NCBI RefSeq assembly: GCF_001194135.2
Contig: NC_068995.1
Location: forward strand, 54,978,699 to 55,022,500
Length of the DNA stretch: 43,802 bases
Direction: 5' to 3'
Source of the DNA: Octopus bimaculoides
Taxonomy: Eukaryota
This document shows, one piece after another, positions 14,214-26,700 of this stretch (positions within the stretch are counted from its first letter, which is position 1; every line of letters begins with the position of its first letter). The position numbers were made by a program, and so were the translations under genes. The notes beneath the pieces are model-generated. The model saw nothing but the letters and a program-made list of their open reading frames with translations. It was not told the origin of the DNA and ran no database searches.

Positions 14214-14245
14214 AGATATTACGGAAGATACTAACCGTAATATCT
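14214..14245. repeat. Short perfect inverted repeat (11-bp stem, 10-nt loop)
   Basis: agatattacgg (14214-24) is the exact reverse complement of ccgtaatatct (14235-45). Confidence 0.85.
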
Positions 14246-14523
14246 AATACTTTTTCACTGTATTGTGTATTTGTTCCTTTTGGTATCTCATACTTGTTAT
14301 GGATGTCTATAAGAATGAAGCTGTGTACCTTAATTTACCTTATACGAATACCAAGAAGAAATCTTGCGAACGAGAATTCATATTCACGATATACCTACAG
14401 AAATCACCTTAGGAGACACATCTACACTGAGGGGCACACATAATTTTCAGAATCCCACTCGCGTGGAATCGATGTGAAGTTGGAGGGAAGCAATTGTAGT
14501 GATCAAGTGATCACTAAAATTCA

Positions 14524-14585
14524 AGTATCAGTATTTCCACAATTCCATCTCCCTGTGGAGATGCTGATACTCCACAGGGAGATGG
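14524..14585. repeat. Two overlapping inverted repeats (alternative hairpins)
   Basis: ccatctccctgtggag (14545-60) pairs perfectly with ctccacagggagatgg (14570-85), 16 bp. agtatcagtatttccac (14524-40) pairs with gtggagatgctgatact (14555-71), 17 bp including two G:T. Confidence 0.9.
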
Positions 14586-17400
14586 CGCTTTTGCGTATTG
14601 ATTAGTATATCGCGTCAATGGATATTTGAGCAGAAATATATAATCTTCCATTCTTCAAATAATGAAAAGCGTGAAATTGTTCCTATAATGTATTATAAAG
14701 AGTGCAGAATGACATAGTTTTTCATGCACTTGCATATAAATAGGTTTGTTTTACATTTAAAGATCGCACTGTAGTCATTTAAAACAATATAATACACGAA
14801 GTTATTCAATAGAAACTGCTGTCATATTTTCTGTATTTTACTTTTCGTTGCCGTTTCCGCTTTGAAGTGTATGGCATGTAACATACAATAACGAAACACT
14901 ACAGTTATGGAATAACATAGCACTGCGTCTCCTAAGAAAAACAATCTCCAAAAGAAGACACAATGGATATTGTTTGACAGAAATAATTCTAACAATGTCA
15001 GAATATATATATATATACATTCGGAAGAGAATAGGAATTGTAAAAGAATTCTCGCTATTACATAATTCTTATAAACAGAGCAAAATCTATATATAGAATT
15101 ATAATTTGATACAAATAATTCGTCCACTCATATATGTGTGTGAATGTGTGTATGCTTCTGTATGTGTTTGTCTGAATCTATATATATTTATATATATGTA
15201 TGCACACACACATATATATATTTCATTAATGAGAGGGACAGAAGATGGAAGAGAGGAGAATGTTCTAAGTGTTCTTCGCGTTAGTTCTCCCTCTTCTTTT
15301 CCCTGTTGGTCAGAGCTGACAATTTGAACTCTCACATCAGATAATTTGCAAGCTCTTGAGAATGAAACATATAACTGAACATGGCTCCAATTTGTGAAAT
15401 GTTTGTCCTTGCGATTTAGTGATAGTCATTGCATATGATATGCAAATCGGAAACTGGTTTCTTTCTAAAGTGAATAGCAAATCTGGGATGTGGATGCGGT
15501 AAGTGACAGGTGATATAGAAAATAAAAACTTCGTTTAATTAAAACAAAAATACTCATCACTATGCACANNNNNNNNNNNNNNNNNNNNNNNNNNNNNNNN
15601 NNNNNNNNNNNNNNNNNNNNNNNNNNNNNNNNNNNNNNNNNNNNNNNNNNNNNNNNNNNNNNNNNNNNNNNNNNNNNNNNNNNNNNNNNNNNNNNNNNNN
15701 NNNNNNNNNNNNNNNNNNNNNNNNNNNNNNNNNNNNNNNNNNNNNNNNNNNNNNNNNNNNNNNNNNNNNNNNNNNNNNNNNNNNNNNNNNNNNNNNNNNN
15801 NNNNNNNNNNNNNNNNNNNNNNNNNNNNNNNNNNNNNNNNNNNNNNNNNNNNNNNNNNNNNNNNNNNNNNNNNNNNNNNNNNNNNNNNNNNNNNNNNNNN
15901 NNNNNNNNNNNNNNNNNNNNNNNNNNNNNNNNNNNNNNNNNNNNNNNNNNNNNNNNNNNNNNNNNNNNNNNNNNNNNNNNNNNNNNNNNNNNNNNNNNNN
16001 NNNNNNNNNNNNNNNNNNNNNNNNNNNNNNNNNNNNNNNNNNNNNNNNNNNNNNNNNNNNNNNNNNNNNNNNNNNNNNNNNNNNNNNTATATATATATAT
16101 ATTCATTTATGTACATTGCACGTATTCGAATCTTTCCCATCAGGGAAACATATTTTTAAAAATGTCAGTACATAATTCGGTTTTATAGATAAACAGGAAG
16201 AAATGCAAATTAATTTATATCATAGATTAAAACAATAATGTGTGGTTTATCAAGAGTACGAGGAACATTTATTTACTTGATGATATAGTGTTAAGGGATA
16301 GACAGGGACAAATATGAATTAGGGAAATGTAATGTCATTACTAAAGGAATTTTGATGGTGTAGGTGATTACGCCTGTTGAATTTGGCGGCAGTGAAAATT
16401 ATTTCCAAGTTCATTAGACCAGCTAATTGTTACCCATTTTGCTTTGAGATCTTTGCTCAGTTGGGCTATTACTTTATTTACGCGCGCTCAGTAGTATGTG
16501 AATAATTATGCCGTGATACATTAGAATTTTTTGGACTCATTAAAACGATTCGAATTCGCGGTGAGGTATTTGAATATCACCTAGTTACTATTTGCTACTA
16601 ACGTGATTTCTTTCTCATGAGAAAGATTTTACGTACTTGCAACCTACACGTAATTCGAGAATGAATCAGATACGTAGACCTCGATTATATAAGTTCTCTC
16701 TCGACATTTGTTGTCACAAGTAATGTGCACAATAATCTTATTGAAAACCTTACGAATCTGTCAAGAACCTGTTGAATTTCTGGCACACACATTTTCTCAA
16801 ACTGTTTCTTTTTTTCTCTCTATGTATATAGAAAAAAAAATATATGTGTATGTGTGTGTGTGTTAGTGTGTTTGTGTGTGTGTGCGAGCGCGCGTGTGCA
16901 TATATGCACGTGTGTGTGTGTGTGTGCCTTCATGCGAGTCTGTGTGAGAGTCTGTGTGCGGGTAAATTTGTTTACGCGTTTAGGCGTGTGTTACTATTGA
17001 TGCCAATGTGTATAGATAGGTCTGCACGTGAAGTGAGAGCGAATGATATATGCCTGGGAGAATGGAATAGGGAAGCGCACTGTTTGCGGGATCAAAAACA
17101 CAGAGACATTGATTATATATAATGACATGTATAGTTAAATGTCAAGCAATATTATTAACGAAAATGAGTTGAGAGATGTTCGATGGTAAACAAAGAAATG
17201 TATCTTGGAAGAAATATTCTTTGTTTGCTTGTATAAGACAAGTAATGCCCCAGCGGACAGGCACAGATGATTTTTCTGCAAGCATTGTACAGATACAATA
17301 AAACAGAGAAACATGCTGAATGAAATTACTATCGTGAAATTAAGAGAAACGAGACAAGCGAGGACGTTTTCATGACATCTGAGTGCTTTGCAAGGGCAGT

Positions 17401-17535
17401 TCTCTAATGTTCTCTTTCTTTCTTTCTCTTCCTTCTTCTTCCTCTCTCCCTCTCTCCCTCTCTCCTTTTCTCTTTTTGTCTTCCTTCCTTCACCCCTTAC
17501 TCTCCCACTCACCTTCCATCTCTCATTCTCCCCCA
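17401..17535. repeat. Polypyrimidine/polypurine low-complexity tract
   Basis: Almost entirely C/T on the + strand, with degenerate CT, CTT and CTCC units. Confidence 0.85.
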
Positions 17536-18055
17536 CACATCCGCATACATACAAGATTATTCTTTCTTTTCAATGGTAGAATTTATGAACTCCAGATTTC
17601 CGTCATCAAGCATTTTTCTACTCATATATTATTACGTAATGTATGAGTCACTGTGTAACGAAACAACTTTCAAACAAGGAAAGAGATAAGTTAATTCTAC
17701 CACTTCATTGCAAAGGTGAGTTCATTTCAAAACATTTCCTTTTTATTAAACACACATGGCTCTCAGGTAAAAGATATCTAGAATTCATTCTTTCAGAGGG
17801 AATTTTGGTAGAAATATTGAATATTTGAAGAGAGAATTCAGGAAGGTTTGAAAAGGCTTCTGAGACTTGAAGCATTTCTGTTATCAGGCTCCTGAGCACT
17901 CTCATTTATGAAAATCACAAAGAAACAGACTGTCTTGAGTTTGTACATAAAATACGATAAGGAGATGTCGAAAATCCCCCCACCTCTATCACTTACACTA
18001 AATACAAGAACATCACTGTGTGCATGTTGCCATTGAAGTTTTTGACTCACTTAGC

Positions 18056-18224
18056 ATGCTGCCATACAACACATCACTGAGTAACTAGTGAAATATCCTT
18101 ACCTGTTTACTTTACATTACTTCACTTACCCATCCATCCATACATTTTGGGTAAGTGAAGTAATGTAAAGTAAACAGGTAAGGATATTTCACTAGTTACT
18201 CAGTGATGTGTTGTATGGTAGCAT
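18056..18224. repeat. 77-bp near-perfect inverted repeat with a 15-nt loop
   Basis: Arm 18056-18132 (atgctgccatacaac...ttcacttaccca) is the reverse complement of arm 18148-18224 (tgggtaagtgaag...ttgtatggtagcat), except G18061 opposite T18219. The loop is tccatccatacattt. Confidence 0.97.
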
Positions 18225-18961
18225 ATATATATATATATANNNNNNNNNNATATAAACTATTTTTGTCAGGTAACTCAATAAAAATATGTATCCACGCTAC
18301 TATATATAGTATTTCTGTTCTTATAATATTAGTGATGAAACTTTTTATTCAAATTTGAATAAAAGTTTTAAACAATTGCTTGTGAAATAATTATTGTTTC
18401 GATTACTTGATACATTAAGTGATACATTAAAGTATTTTAAAGTTTTAATATAAATGTGCCATTTTATAAAATTGTAGTTCTGGTACATTTCTCTCACATT
18501 TCCCAATTTTCAGTAAACTACTCCATCAGTCACTCGTGATAAAGAAGAAAATCAGAAAACTTTTAAATCATAATGTCAAAATATTTTATTTTAATTCTGT
18601 TTCCACTATAGATGAACACCATTGCTTATTTTATTTTATTACTATTATTATTTTTTGCCCATTTTTGTTGTTTCATATGGTTCTTCATTTCTGCAATCGA
18701 ATTTTTGTTAAGCAGATTCTCAATTGATATATGATAGATACAGTTGATAGAAGATACTACAGTTTAGTTTCGAAGCCTTGTCGGAGTGACTTAACTGTGC
18801 TCCACACGAAAGAAAGCTAAAAGAGTTTTGAACCTAAAATGTATTTTAATCCGAGTTACATGCCATGTAATAAGAGAACGACAGGTAGAGATTATCTGTA
18901 GACATTTAGTCTGAAACAGGAGTTTATGCACGTGAGTCTATATCTATGTGTGTGTTTCAAC

Positions 18962-19015
18962 AGAGAGAGAGAGAGAGAGAGAGAGAAATAGTGAGAGAGG
19001 AGGAGAGGGAGAGTG
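18962..19015. repeat. (GA)n microsatellite, degenerate at the 3' end
   Basis: Read directly from the sequence. Confidence 0.9.
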
Positions 19016-19856
19016 ACTCGGTGTGTTGTGGGTCCGTACGCGTGTATGTGTTGGTATCTTCATTATTGGTTTCGAAATAAGTATATAAATACATACATAT
19101 TTAAATTCATTATCCATTCTGCATGAGCAATGATATACGTCAATAAATATAAAGATAAATAAAGTAAATAAAGAATACTAACTGGAGCACGTTTAACTTT
19201 AGTATTTAGTGCATGTGCAGTATTCACATACGAAAATTGTAGTTTACATAATGATATCAATAAAAAGTATACTTCTATAGAATTCCCATTCATATTGCAA
19301 TTGGGCGAATTCACCAAATCTGCTTTTATTAATTTAACTTACATGAATCTAAAAGTAAATACATAGATCTATTGTATGTTATATTATGTGAATTATAAAT
19401 GAAAGCTATCATGTTAGTTGAATACAATACATGTACGTGTATGCGTGTGTGTGTCTGTGTGTGTTTCTGTGTGTTCCTGAGTGTATGTGTGGGTGCATGT
19501 GCGGGTGTACACGTATGAATGTATACACACGCGTATGTATGTGTGTGTTTTCAAGCTAATATCAATAAATACGAATCCACATACGTGAATAATGCACTCG
19601 GATACTTATACTCACCAATATAAAGTTACCCATAGAGTTTATGCATTTGTTGTTTTTACAGATATGGATAAATGGGTAGTAATATGTTTCGGTGGATGTT
19701 TTATAGAATACTACATGAAAAGTCACTTCGTTGTACAAATATGGAACAAGTCTCACAGTTCCCCAAAAGGAAAAGAAAATACAATATGGAGTCCGAAACC
19801 AAATGTATGTAAAAAATAAAAAAGAATCAAATTAACTGTGGTTGAGAGATAGCAGT

Positions 19857-20195
19857 TTAGACAAATTCGAAGGCCTCAGCTTTCACCAGGCATCAAGAGG
19901 TCTCCGGATCCCTATGGCATGCGTTTGTCACTATGTACCTAGCAATAGCTTCAAAACCTCAAAAACCTCGGCTACGTGCACGGTCTTGGCATCGCAGGCA
20001 GAGCGGCGCGAGTCTTCGTCAACAAAAGCCCAAATATAGTAACCGATGGAATGATTACAATCGCAGAAATTAGGATGTCAGTATTTGGAGATGGTGAACT
20101 CAGGTATATTCTCAGACTGTTACTTGTGACATTTTCCGCAGTTACTTGTGACATTTTCCGCAGGTGTGTCAAGTGGCTGCACAACAATATACGTT
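19857..20195 (-). mobile_element. Decayed Tc1/mariner-superfamily transposase, C-terminal part (pseudogene)
   Basis: Minus-strand translation across frameshifts gives HPNFCDCNHSIGYYIWAFVDEDSRRSACDAK...EVFEVL, then RYIVTNACHR...LVKAEAFEFV*. This follows the W(PP)NSPDxNPxDY.vW..vE..sn..a...K and V.NAC..F..RLEAVV.AEG.F.E* pattern of mariner/maT-like transposases. The subfamily is inference. Confidence 0.7.
20119..20162. repeat. Perfect 22-bp tandem duplication inside the transposase relic
   Basis: gttacttgtgacattttccgca occurs at 20119-40 and 20141-62. Confidence 0.97.
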
Positions 20196-20692
20196 TCAAT
20201 AAAACAGTTGCTCCCGCAAAGTAAATTAAGTGAAATTTGGAATTTTGCGGAGGGTCAAACTTGGTAACACAAGTGGACAGTGAAAACAGGAAGGGTTGAT
20301 AAGCCTAAACGAGACTGTGGTGGCTAATGCGTAAATCAAGCTTGGACATAGACAGACAAGAAAAGTATTCCTTCTTCCAGCTACAACGGAGAGAAATAAA
20401 GAAACACAAGTTAGGAGAAGAAAGAAAGATGGCCGATGGTCACGTCGGAGGCATATGAGGAAGTGGGGAAAAGTGAAGGAGAGAGAGTGACAGAGTAATA
20501 GGACAGAATAGTGGGAGAAGAGGAGGTAAAAGAATAAGAGAGAAAATAGAAAAACAACGAAAGTGTAAAATGATCCATCTTGTTTTCCATTTGCATCTTC
20601 CGTTGTTCTAAAAAATATTTCATATTCCATGTACTCGTACTTCGTATTTTTTTTGTTGTTGTACACGTTTCATGAGTACTGTGCCCACATAT

Positions 20693-20728
<36 letters not shown>

Positions 20729-20998
20729 CTTAGATTATTTTTAGTACTTCGTGGTGGTACTTCGCAATGATTCTGACCAGCGCGGTTTCTTTTCGTTCAA
20801 CCAATATTGGTTTGTGTAAAAACATGAAATATTGTGATCAATAGGGATAATAATTTATTAGTACTTACCTTTGATCAGCAAGTAGAAGAAATTGCTTTTA
20901 TGCAGCGCCCCAGTGAGTGAGATAATTTTCATTCTTCACTAAATATACTTATATACTCACATCTCCGTATGTGTGGGTCTCATCTTCTTTGTATTTCC

Positions 20999-21050
20999 AT
21001 GTGTGTGTGTGTGTGTGTGTGCGTGTGTGTGTGTGTGTGTGTGCGTGTGC
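20999..21050. repeat. (TG)n microsatellite
   Basis: Read directly from the sequence. Confidence 0.95.
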
Positions 21051-21936
21051 ATATATAAATATATGTGTATATTTGTACAGTGAAAGCTACGGGGAGTTGG
21101 AAGGAAAGAGATACTAATACACACACTCGCACAATCACACACATACTTTATCACATACACAAATGCGTGTATATATGCATGTGTATATCCTAATCATTGT
21201 TAGAGGAAATAGTATGGAATTATCTAGGATGAAAGAAGAAATTATCTGCTTCGAAAATAGCCCAAGTGTAAAGGAGGGACTTGTTCTTAAATTTACTAAA
21301 ACGTTATATTTTCATCGCAGAACTGATTTCCCTGGAGATCAAACATAATATATCTCAGATAAACAGCCTAATCAAAGATGGTCGCTATAATCTGATAGTT
21401 GTGTTTGGAACATACTTCGATTGAATTTGGTTACATGGTAGAGTGATTATGTACTAAATCATGCATGTTTTACACGCCATCGAAATTAAATGATTTCAAC
21501 GTGGAATGAGTTACTGTGCACATAACGCTATTAGAGCAAACAAGTTTAGCTCACATTGTATCTGTTTGATTTTCATTTTAACATTATCCATGATTATTGT
21601 GTAGCAAGGATATTTTTATATGCGTCATCGATCAATTTTATCAAGCGCAATGCCGCTATATTTGCATATTAATTGAATTTTGAGTGTATAGTTCTTGCTA
21701 TCAACTTACAACTACTTGTATTATAATTGATGCTTAATGACAGAGGATGATAAACCTGTAATAGGTTCATATTCTGTATTCATTGTATAGGGCTACTATC
21801 AAATATTTGAAAATTATTTTAATTTCACGCATATATAGGACTATATATATATATATTACATATATTTATATAGAGAGAGGGAGAGAGGGAGAGAGATAGA
21901 GGTACTGAGAATGAGAATGAAAGAGAAAAGGACAAG

Positions 21937-21981
<45 letters not shown>

Positions 21982-22446
21982 CACACACTCATTTCATACT
22001 CATCCTTCTCTTACCGGAACTACGCCTTTTTCATATGTGTACATACAAACTGATGCACAAGTACAGACACTTGCGCACGCGCGCATACAGGTACAAGTAG
22101 TGTTTCAGTTATGTTTCTAGTTATGTATTTATATCTATAGTGAATCGAAATTTATCTGAACTTCTTGCGGTCGAATATTAGAAATGAAATAATTCAGCTA
22201 ATTACATACAAAATGTAAGCTTCAGTTAAAGATATAAGTATAAACGTGAACGAGCTGAAATTTCGTATCATTCGTTGTAATAAATAATAAAATAAATCTG
22301 TAAATGTATACAATGGTTTGTGGTAATTAACGCAGTGTGTAGTGTTACGTACATATATGCTTCCACGAAATGTGACGTAACACATACAATCATGCACTTA
22401 TTTAACGTTTAATCTAACAAAAAAAAACAATAAGTCCTTAATTTTT

Positions 22447-22677
22447 ATTATTCATTTATTCTTTTACCTGTTTTAATCACCCGACTGCAGCCATGCAGTA
22501 GCAGCGCCTTTAGTAGAACAAATCGACCCCAGGATTTATCCTTCGTAAGCCTAGTACTTATTCTGTCGGTTCTTTTTGCTGAACCGCTAAGTTAAGGGGA
22601 CGTAAACACACCAAAAACAGCCGTCAAGCGATGGGGGTGGGAACAAACACAGACACAAAAACAGACGCACACACACC

Positions 22678-22729
<52 letters not shown>

Positions 22730-22888
22730 AATACAACGAGCCTCTTTCAGTTTCCTTCTACCAAATCCACTCACAAGACTTTGGTTGCTTGGCGGCTATA
22801 TCAGACGACAGTTGCCTAAAGTCCCACACAGTGGGACTGAACCGGAACGATGTGGTTGGGAAGCAAGCTATTTACCACACAGCCATGT
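22447..22888 (-). mobile_element. Near full-length tRNA-derived SINE with an internal (TA)n(TG)n microsatellite
   Basis: The minus strand starts gacatggctgtgtggtaaatagcttgcttcccaaccacatcgttccggttcagtccc (A-box-like and B-box-like). The body (ggatttggtag..ggaaactgaaaga; gtttacgtcccc..aacttagcggttc; gtactaggct; tcctggggtcgatt) is colinear with the + copy at 33931-34300, and it ends in an A-rich tail. It resembles the octopus SINE from memory. Confidence 0.9.
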
Positions 22889-23647
22889 CATCGCCTGCAG
22901 TTGCATGTGTGAGAGAAAGTTTATTCCCTGATTATGTAACATATACAATTCTATGGAGATACATGCATTCTATCTACGAAAATGTGCAAATCGATTCTTA
23001 AAAACTCAAAATGCGTGTTACGTGCCATGCTTTTTACGATGTGTTGATGCTCAATATAGCATAATTATGTAAAGTTGAAGCCAACATTAAACCTTCATAC
23101 TTATCAACATCCAACTGGTACTGTTCCCTGAATGTAATAACAAAACTACTTCTCTCGGTTTCTGTTAATATTTCTGAATATTAGATTTGTTTTGATGAAT
23201 ATGATGTAAATACACTGACCTTCATTAATCCTTACGGCAAATAGGCAAGACGAGTTAATTAATAAATTGTACAGGATTTCTGCCATTGTCACTTCATTAT
23301 TTGATTAAATAACTCATTCTGATGATTGTCATAACATGAAATCAACAACAGTAGTCCAATCCTATAAACAAATTTTCCTTCATGACTTTGTATTTTTTTG
23401 TTTTGTTTTCATTGTCTATGAATAGCTTACCAGAAATCACGTTAACTGTTATTAATGAGATTAAACGATTTCATAATGGAAAATATAACAAAATCTTACA
23501 TACAAAGCAATTAATGCAATTGTAACAATGAAATCACTGAACGATTTCACAAAATAAAGTACATTTCTGTATTCCTCTGCTACTCTCTCGCTATACTGTG
23601 GGATACATGCATAGGCACGCACACAAACAAAACACTCATAGCCACAG

Positions 23648-23650
<3 letters not shown>

Positions 23651-23718
<68 letters not shown>

Positions 23719-23739
23719 ATATATATATATGTGTGTGTG

Positions 23740-23771
<32 letters not shown>
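23651..23771. repeat. Compound (TA)n/(TG)n microsatellite running into an assembly gap
   Basis: Read directly from the sequence. Confidence 0.95.
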
Positions 23772-26700
23772 NNNNNNNNNNNNNNNNNNNNNNNNNNNNN
23801 NNNNNNNNNNNNNNNNNNNNNNNNNNNNNNNNNNNNNNNNNNNNNNNNNNNNNNNNNNNNNNNNNNNNNNNNNNNNNNNNNNNNNNNNNNNNNNNNNNNN
23901 NNNNNNNNNNNNNNNNNNNNNNNNNNNNNNNNNNNNNNNNNNNNNNNNNNNNNNNNNNNNNNNNNNNNNNNNNNNNNNNNNNNNNNNNNNNNNNNNNNNN
24001 NNNNNNNNNNNNNNNNNNNNNNNNNNNNNNNNNNNNNNNNNNNNNNNNNNNNNNNNNNNNNNNNNNNNNNNNNNNNNNNNNNNNNNNNNNNNNNNNNNNN
24101 NNNNNNNNNNNNNNNNNNNNNNNNNNNNNNNNNNNNNNNNNNNNNNNNNNNNNNNNNNNNNNNNNNNNNNNNNNNNNNNNNNNNNNNNNNNNNNNNNNNN
24201 NNNNNNNNNNNNNNNNNNNNNNNNNNNNNNNNNNNNNNNNNNNNNNNNNNNNNNNNNNNNNNNNNNNNNNNNNNNNNNNNNNNNNNNNNNNNNNNNNNNN
24301 NNNNNNNNNNNNNNNNNNNNNNNNNNNNNNNNNNNNNNNNNNNNNNNNNNNNNNNNNNNNNNNNNNNNNNNNNNNNNNNNNNNNNNNNNNNNNNNNNNNN
24401 NNNNNNNNNNNNNNNNNNNNNNNNNNNNNNNNNNNNNNNNNNNNNNNNNNNNNNNNNNNNNNNNNNNNNNNNNNNNNNNNNNNNNNNNNNNNNNNNNNNN
24501 NNNNNNNNNNNNNNNNNNNNNNNNNNNNNNNNNNNNNNNNNNNNNNNNNNNNNNNNNNNNNNNNNNNNNNNNNNNNNNNNNNNNNNNNNNNTATATATAT
24601 ATATATTACCAGATAAGTGGACAGATAAAAGGAACATTTTTGTGTGTGTGTGTTTGCATATGTTAGTGTGTGCGCGCGTCTGCATGAGTGTGCTTATATA
24701 CAGATACAGAGACATACATAAAAATATATATATGCCTACGTATACACATATATATCTATACACATATGGAGGATTGTATATGTATGTGCATATGAGTGTA
24801 ACTCAATGTACCATATATCATTCGACTATACACATATAGTTACACATATACATACCTTCTATCATTTGTGCGTGCATATCTAGGCTTGTATGTCTGTTTG
24901 AAATCTTACATATATGTAGGTATGTATGATTACATTATATTACGAACTTAATTAAATCAGTAATTAAATGTTTATTCATGATTTTCATTGATAATATGAT
25001 TATGACGTAATAGCATTTGTTTACTTTCCTGAATAATATTACCTCCTGAGGCTTGTGATTAATAATCAACATTCACAATGACAAATTGATTAAACTAGTC
25101 TTTGTCTAGGAACAACGCAATTATAACAAGGGCCATTACAACTTTTGGGCCTTTATAAGGTAGTTGAATTCAAAGGAATATTACACCGGAGGATTGAATC
25201 TCCTTGGCATTATTTCCCTTTCCTTTATTTTCGGAATGCATAAGGAAAAGATTTAAAGCAAAGCAAGACACTAGTTTTGCTTAATTTGTGATTATGACTG
25301 TATGCGTTCGTGTATGTCTGTGTGTGCGTGTGTGTGTGTGTGAGTGTGCATGTGTGTGTGTGTTTGTGTATATGTGTATGTGTGTGCGTGCGTGTGTGTC
25401 TGTGTGTGTTAGTAAAGTATAGTACATCTTTATAGATTTAAGCAGTGTTGAATGATTATACTTTTGCTATACGTGTGTATTTAAATCCCAAACACGGAAC
25501 ACAAGACTAATATCACTGAGTTATTTTTCTACCTATTGGTGTGTGATTTACATACAGTGTTCAACACGGTGTTGTATTTTTTGTATATGTCACTCATATC
25601 TAAAACAAATTGGTTCCTGGTTTGTCCACATAGCCTGATATACAATAATTTCATCGGAGAATGAAAAATAAGACAAGGGGTGTTTCTTTAATATATTTTT
25701 CTTCTTTCTGATCAAGGTACGGTGTCGCGATGCAAAATACAGATTCCCTGCGAATAAAACCGTATTAGTACAAACAAACATTTTCTAGCAGGTTTAGGCG
25801 CAAACATAAATGGTTCTGCCGTTCGTCATTAAGTCAATGAAATTTTGGATTTGCTGTATGATTATCGTTATTGCATATTAATTGCAAGATACATGTTTCA
25901 AGAGTAAAATTTGTACTTAATATTTCAATTAATGTATGTTTAATTATAAGCGGATCTCCCACCCCATACATTACTTTCACCAATCCAGTGAAGCCTGAGA
26001 ATCCTTGAGAGCAGTTCGTTAAAAGGTATGGTCTATTCGGTAAGAACTTGCCTCCTCCCCTGAAATTGCTGGCCTTGTGCAAAGACATTTGAAATTTGAA
26101 ACCAATATTATCTGAAACATTAGTTGACCCTAATTCTGCAATGATATAGTCAATGCAATCTTATTGATTTTAGATATTAGTACATATCATTACCTATCCA
26201 TAGAATGAAATGTGTCTGAATTATGCAATTTGTCCCTTCTTTGCAACACATTGTATGACGGCAGATTACTATTAACCATGTAGGAAATATCCGTTGCAAA
26301 ACTTTTATAACTACCCACTAGGAAAAGAATTCATTACTAATTTAAACAACATCCTATTTTGTTATGGAGGGAAAGACATTTGATGAAATAAAAATTTGAC
26401 AGCTACTTATTTTATTGGCTGCGGAAAGATAAAAACAAATTTGACCTTGGTAGACAGTCTCAAAACAGTCCCATTAGAAATCAATAAGAAAATGAAAGAC
26501 AGTATTATAGTATTGCTGTATTTAAAGGTATTAACCTTTTAAATGACTCAACGGAGAGAGACTTATTTAATTAATTTGCCATGAAACATCTGTTCACAAT
26601 GTGATAGTCAAAACATTACTCGAATATTATAGTTTTGGTAACAATAAATATCAAAATACCGATGCAACACTATTGGAGGTGTAATTGGTATTAATAATAA

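Noticed and set aside
14150-14443. About 97 open codons after a gap (INNNDTVFGLQPRY...)
   Set aside because: No recognisable motif, no splice signals, and the 5' part is lost in the gap.
19949-20103. GC-rich + strand exon-like reading LQNLKNLGYVHGLGIAG...
   Set aside because: Better explained as the antisense of the Tc1/mariner transposase relic.
20869-20938. Minus-strand 70-nt exon candidate (MKIISLTGALHKSNFFYLLIK, AAG|gtaagt)
   Set aside because: Weak acceptor, unknown peptide, and no partner exon found.
25951-26025. 75-nt + strand exon-like segment with an in-frame TGA
   Set aside because: All frames contain stops, there is no basis for a selenocysteine reading, and the adjacent minus-strand sequence looks repeat-derived.
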